This document shows positions 63,525-64,000 of a stretch of DNA of 64,000 bases, in pieces. How positions within the stretch are numbered: the first letter of the stretch is position 1; the number at the start of each line of letters is the position of its first letter. The translations under genes were made by a program, and so were the position numbers. Source of the DNA: Anthoceros angustus (Eukaryota > Plantae > Anthocerotophyta); the NCBI GenBank assembly GCA_010909165.1, contig MU008198.1:473429-537428 (forward strand). Reading direction: 5' to 3'. Below the pieces are notes generated by a model. It was not told the origin of the DNA. It ran no database searches and worked only from the letters and a program-made list of their open reading frames with translations.

Positions 63525-64000
63525 CAATGCTACACCTATAATTTTAATGAGATCAAGGCCTCATTTGATCGCAAGCGAAGAGGAAAATTGGAAAAATGGA
63601 AAGTGCTTGCATATGGACTTCAAGTACGAATGGAACAATTTCTTGCAATAAGCAATTTACCTAAGCCAAGTCCTTCATATGACAATAACTGGATCAACAT
63701 CGACATTATGTGAAAGAAATACGAAATTGGATGGATAGATCAAATGTTATTGCACAAGACGATGTCCCACAAAATGTTGCCCCACAAGAAACTACAATAA
63801 AAGAAGGAGTATAAAATCAAGATTTATGTGAAAACAATGTCGACCACACTCCAAAATTTTATGATAGGAAGCCTGGATATAAAAACCCCAATCATATTGA
63901 AGGATGCCCTACGGCATATGTTGAAAGTTATGCGAAAATTCTAATACAAGGGTCCCATCACCTAGTTCCGTGTTGGATCCAATCATGGTCAAGAGTATCC
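63525..64000 (+). pseudogene. Continuation of the unknown repeat-containing gene relic split by element 2
   Basis: QCYTYNFNEIKASFDRKRRGKLEKWKVLAYGLQVRMEQFLAISNLPKPSP, followed by the third ~194-bp repeat. Confidence 0.4.

Overview
Eukaryotic land-plant nuclear DNA. The short GT-AG introns, L-type lectin receptor kinase and plant-type LTR PBS fit a compact bryophyte- or lycophyte-like genome; this placement is an inference. (1) 1-6.6 kb is genic: an internally deleted LecRK pseudogene, fragments of capping-protein beta and RFC1, and an intact 6-exon secreted SMP-30/gluconolactonase of bacterial/fungal type. (2) 6660-55370 is a head-to-tail array of a ~6.5-kb mosaic unit, with four complete and several partial copies. 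Comparing copies by eye reveals two divergent, AT-rich, apparently intronless genes that the ORF track fragments: a ~595-codon orphan with a very long Glu/Asp/Tyr repeat region, and an F-box-like gene. These are interleaved with relics of a CRE-type non-LTR endonuclease, a Gypsy integrase Zn finger and possibly an L1 zf-RVT. One unit carries a young chromovirus-like Gypsy element. (3) 55.4-64 kb holds an unknown repeat-encoding gene relic split by a second, related Gypsy element. Indels between copies cluster at CG/CHG sites and homopolymers. This suggests a long-read consensus with methylation-linked errors, so many frameshifts and several microhomology junctions may be artefacts.
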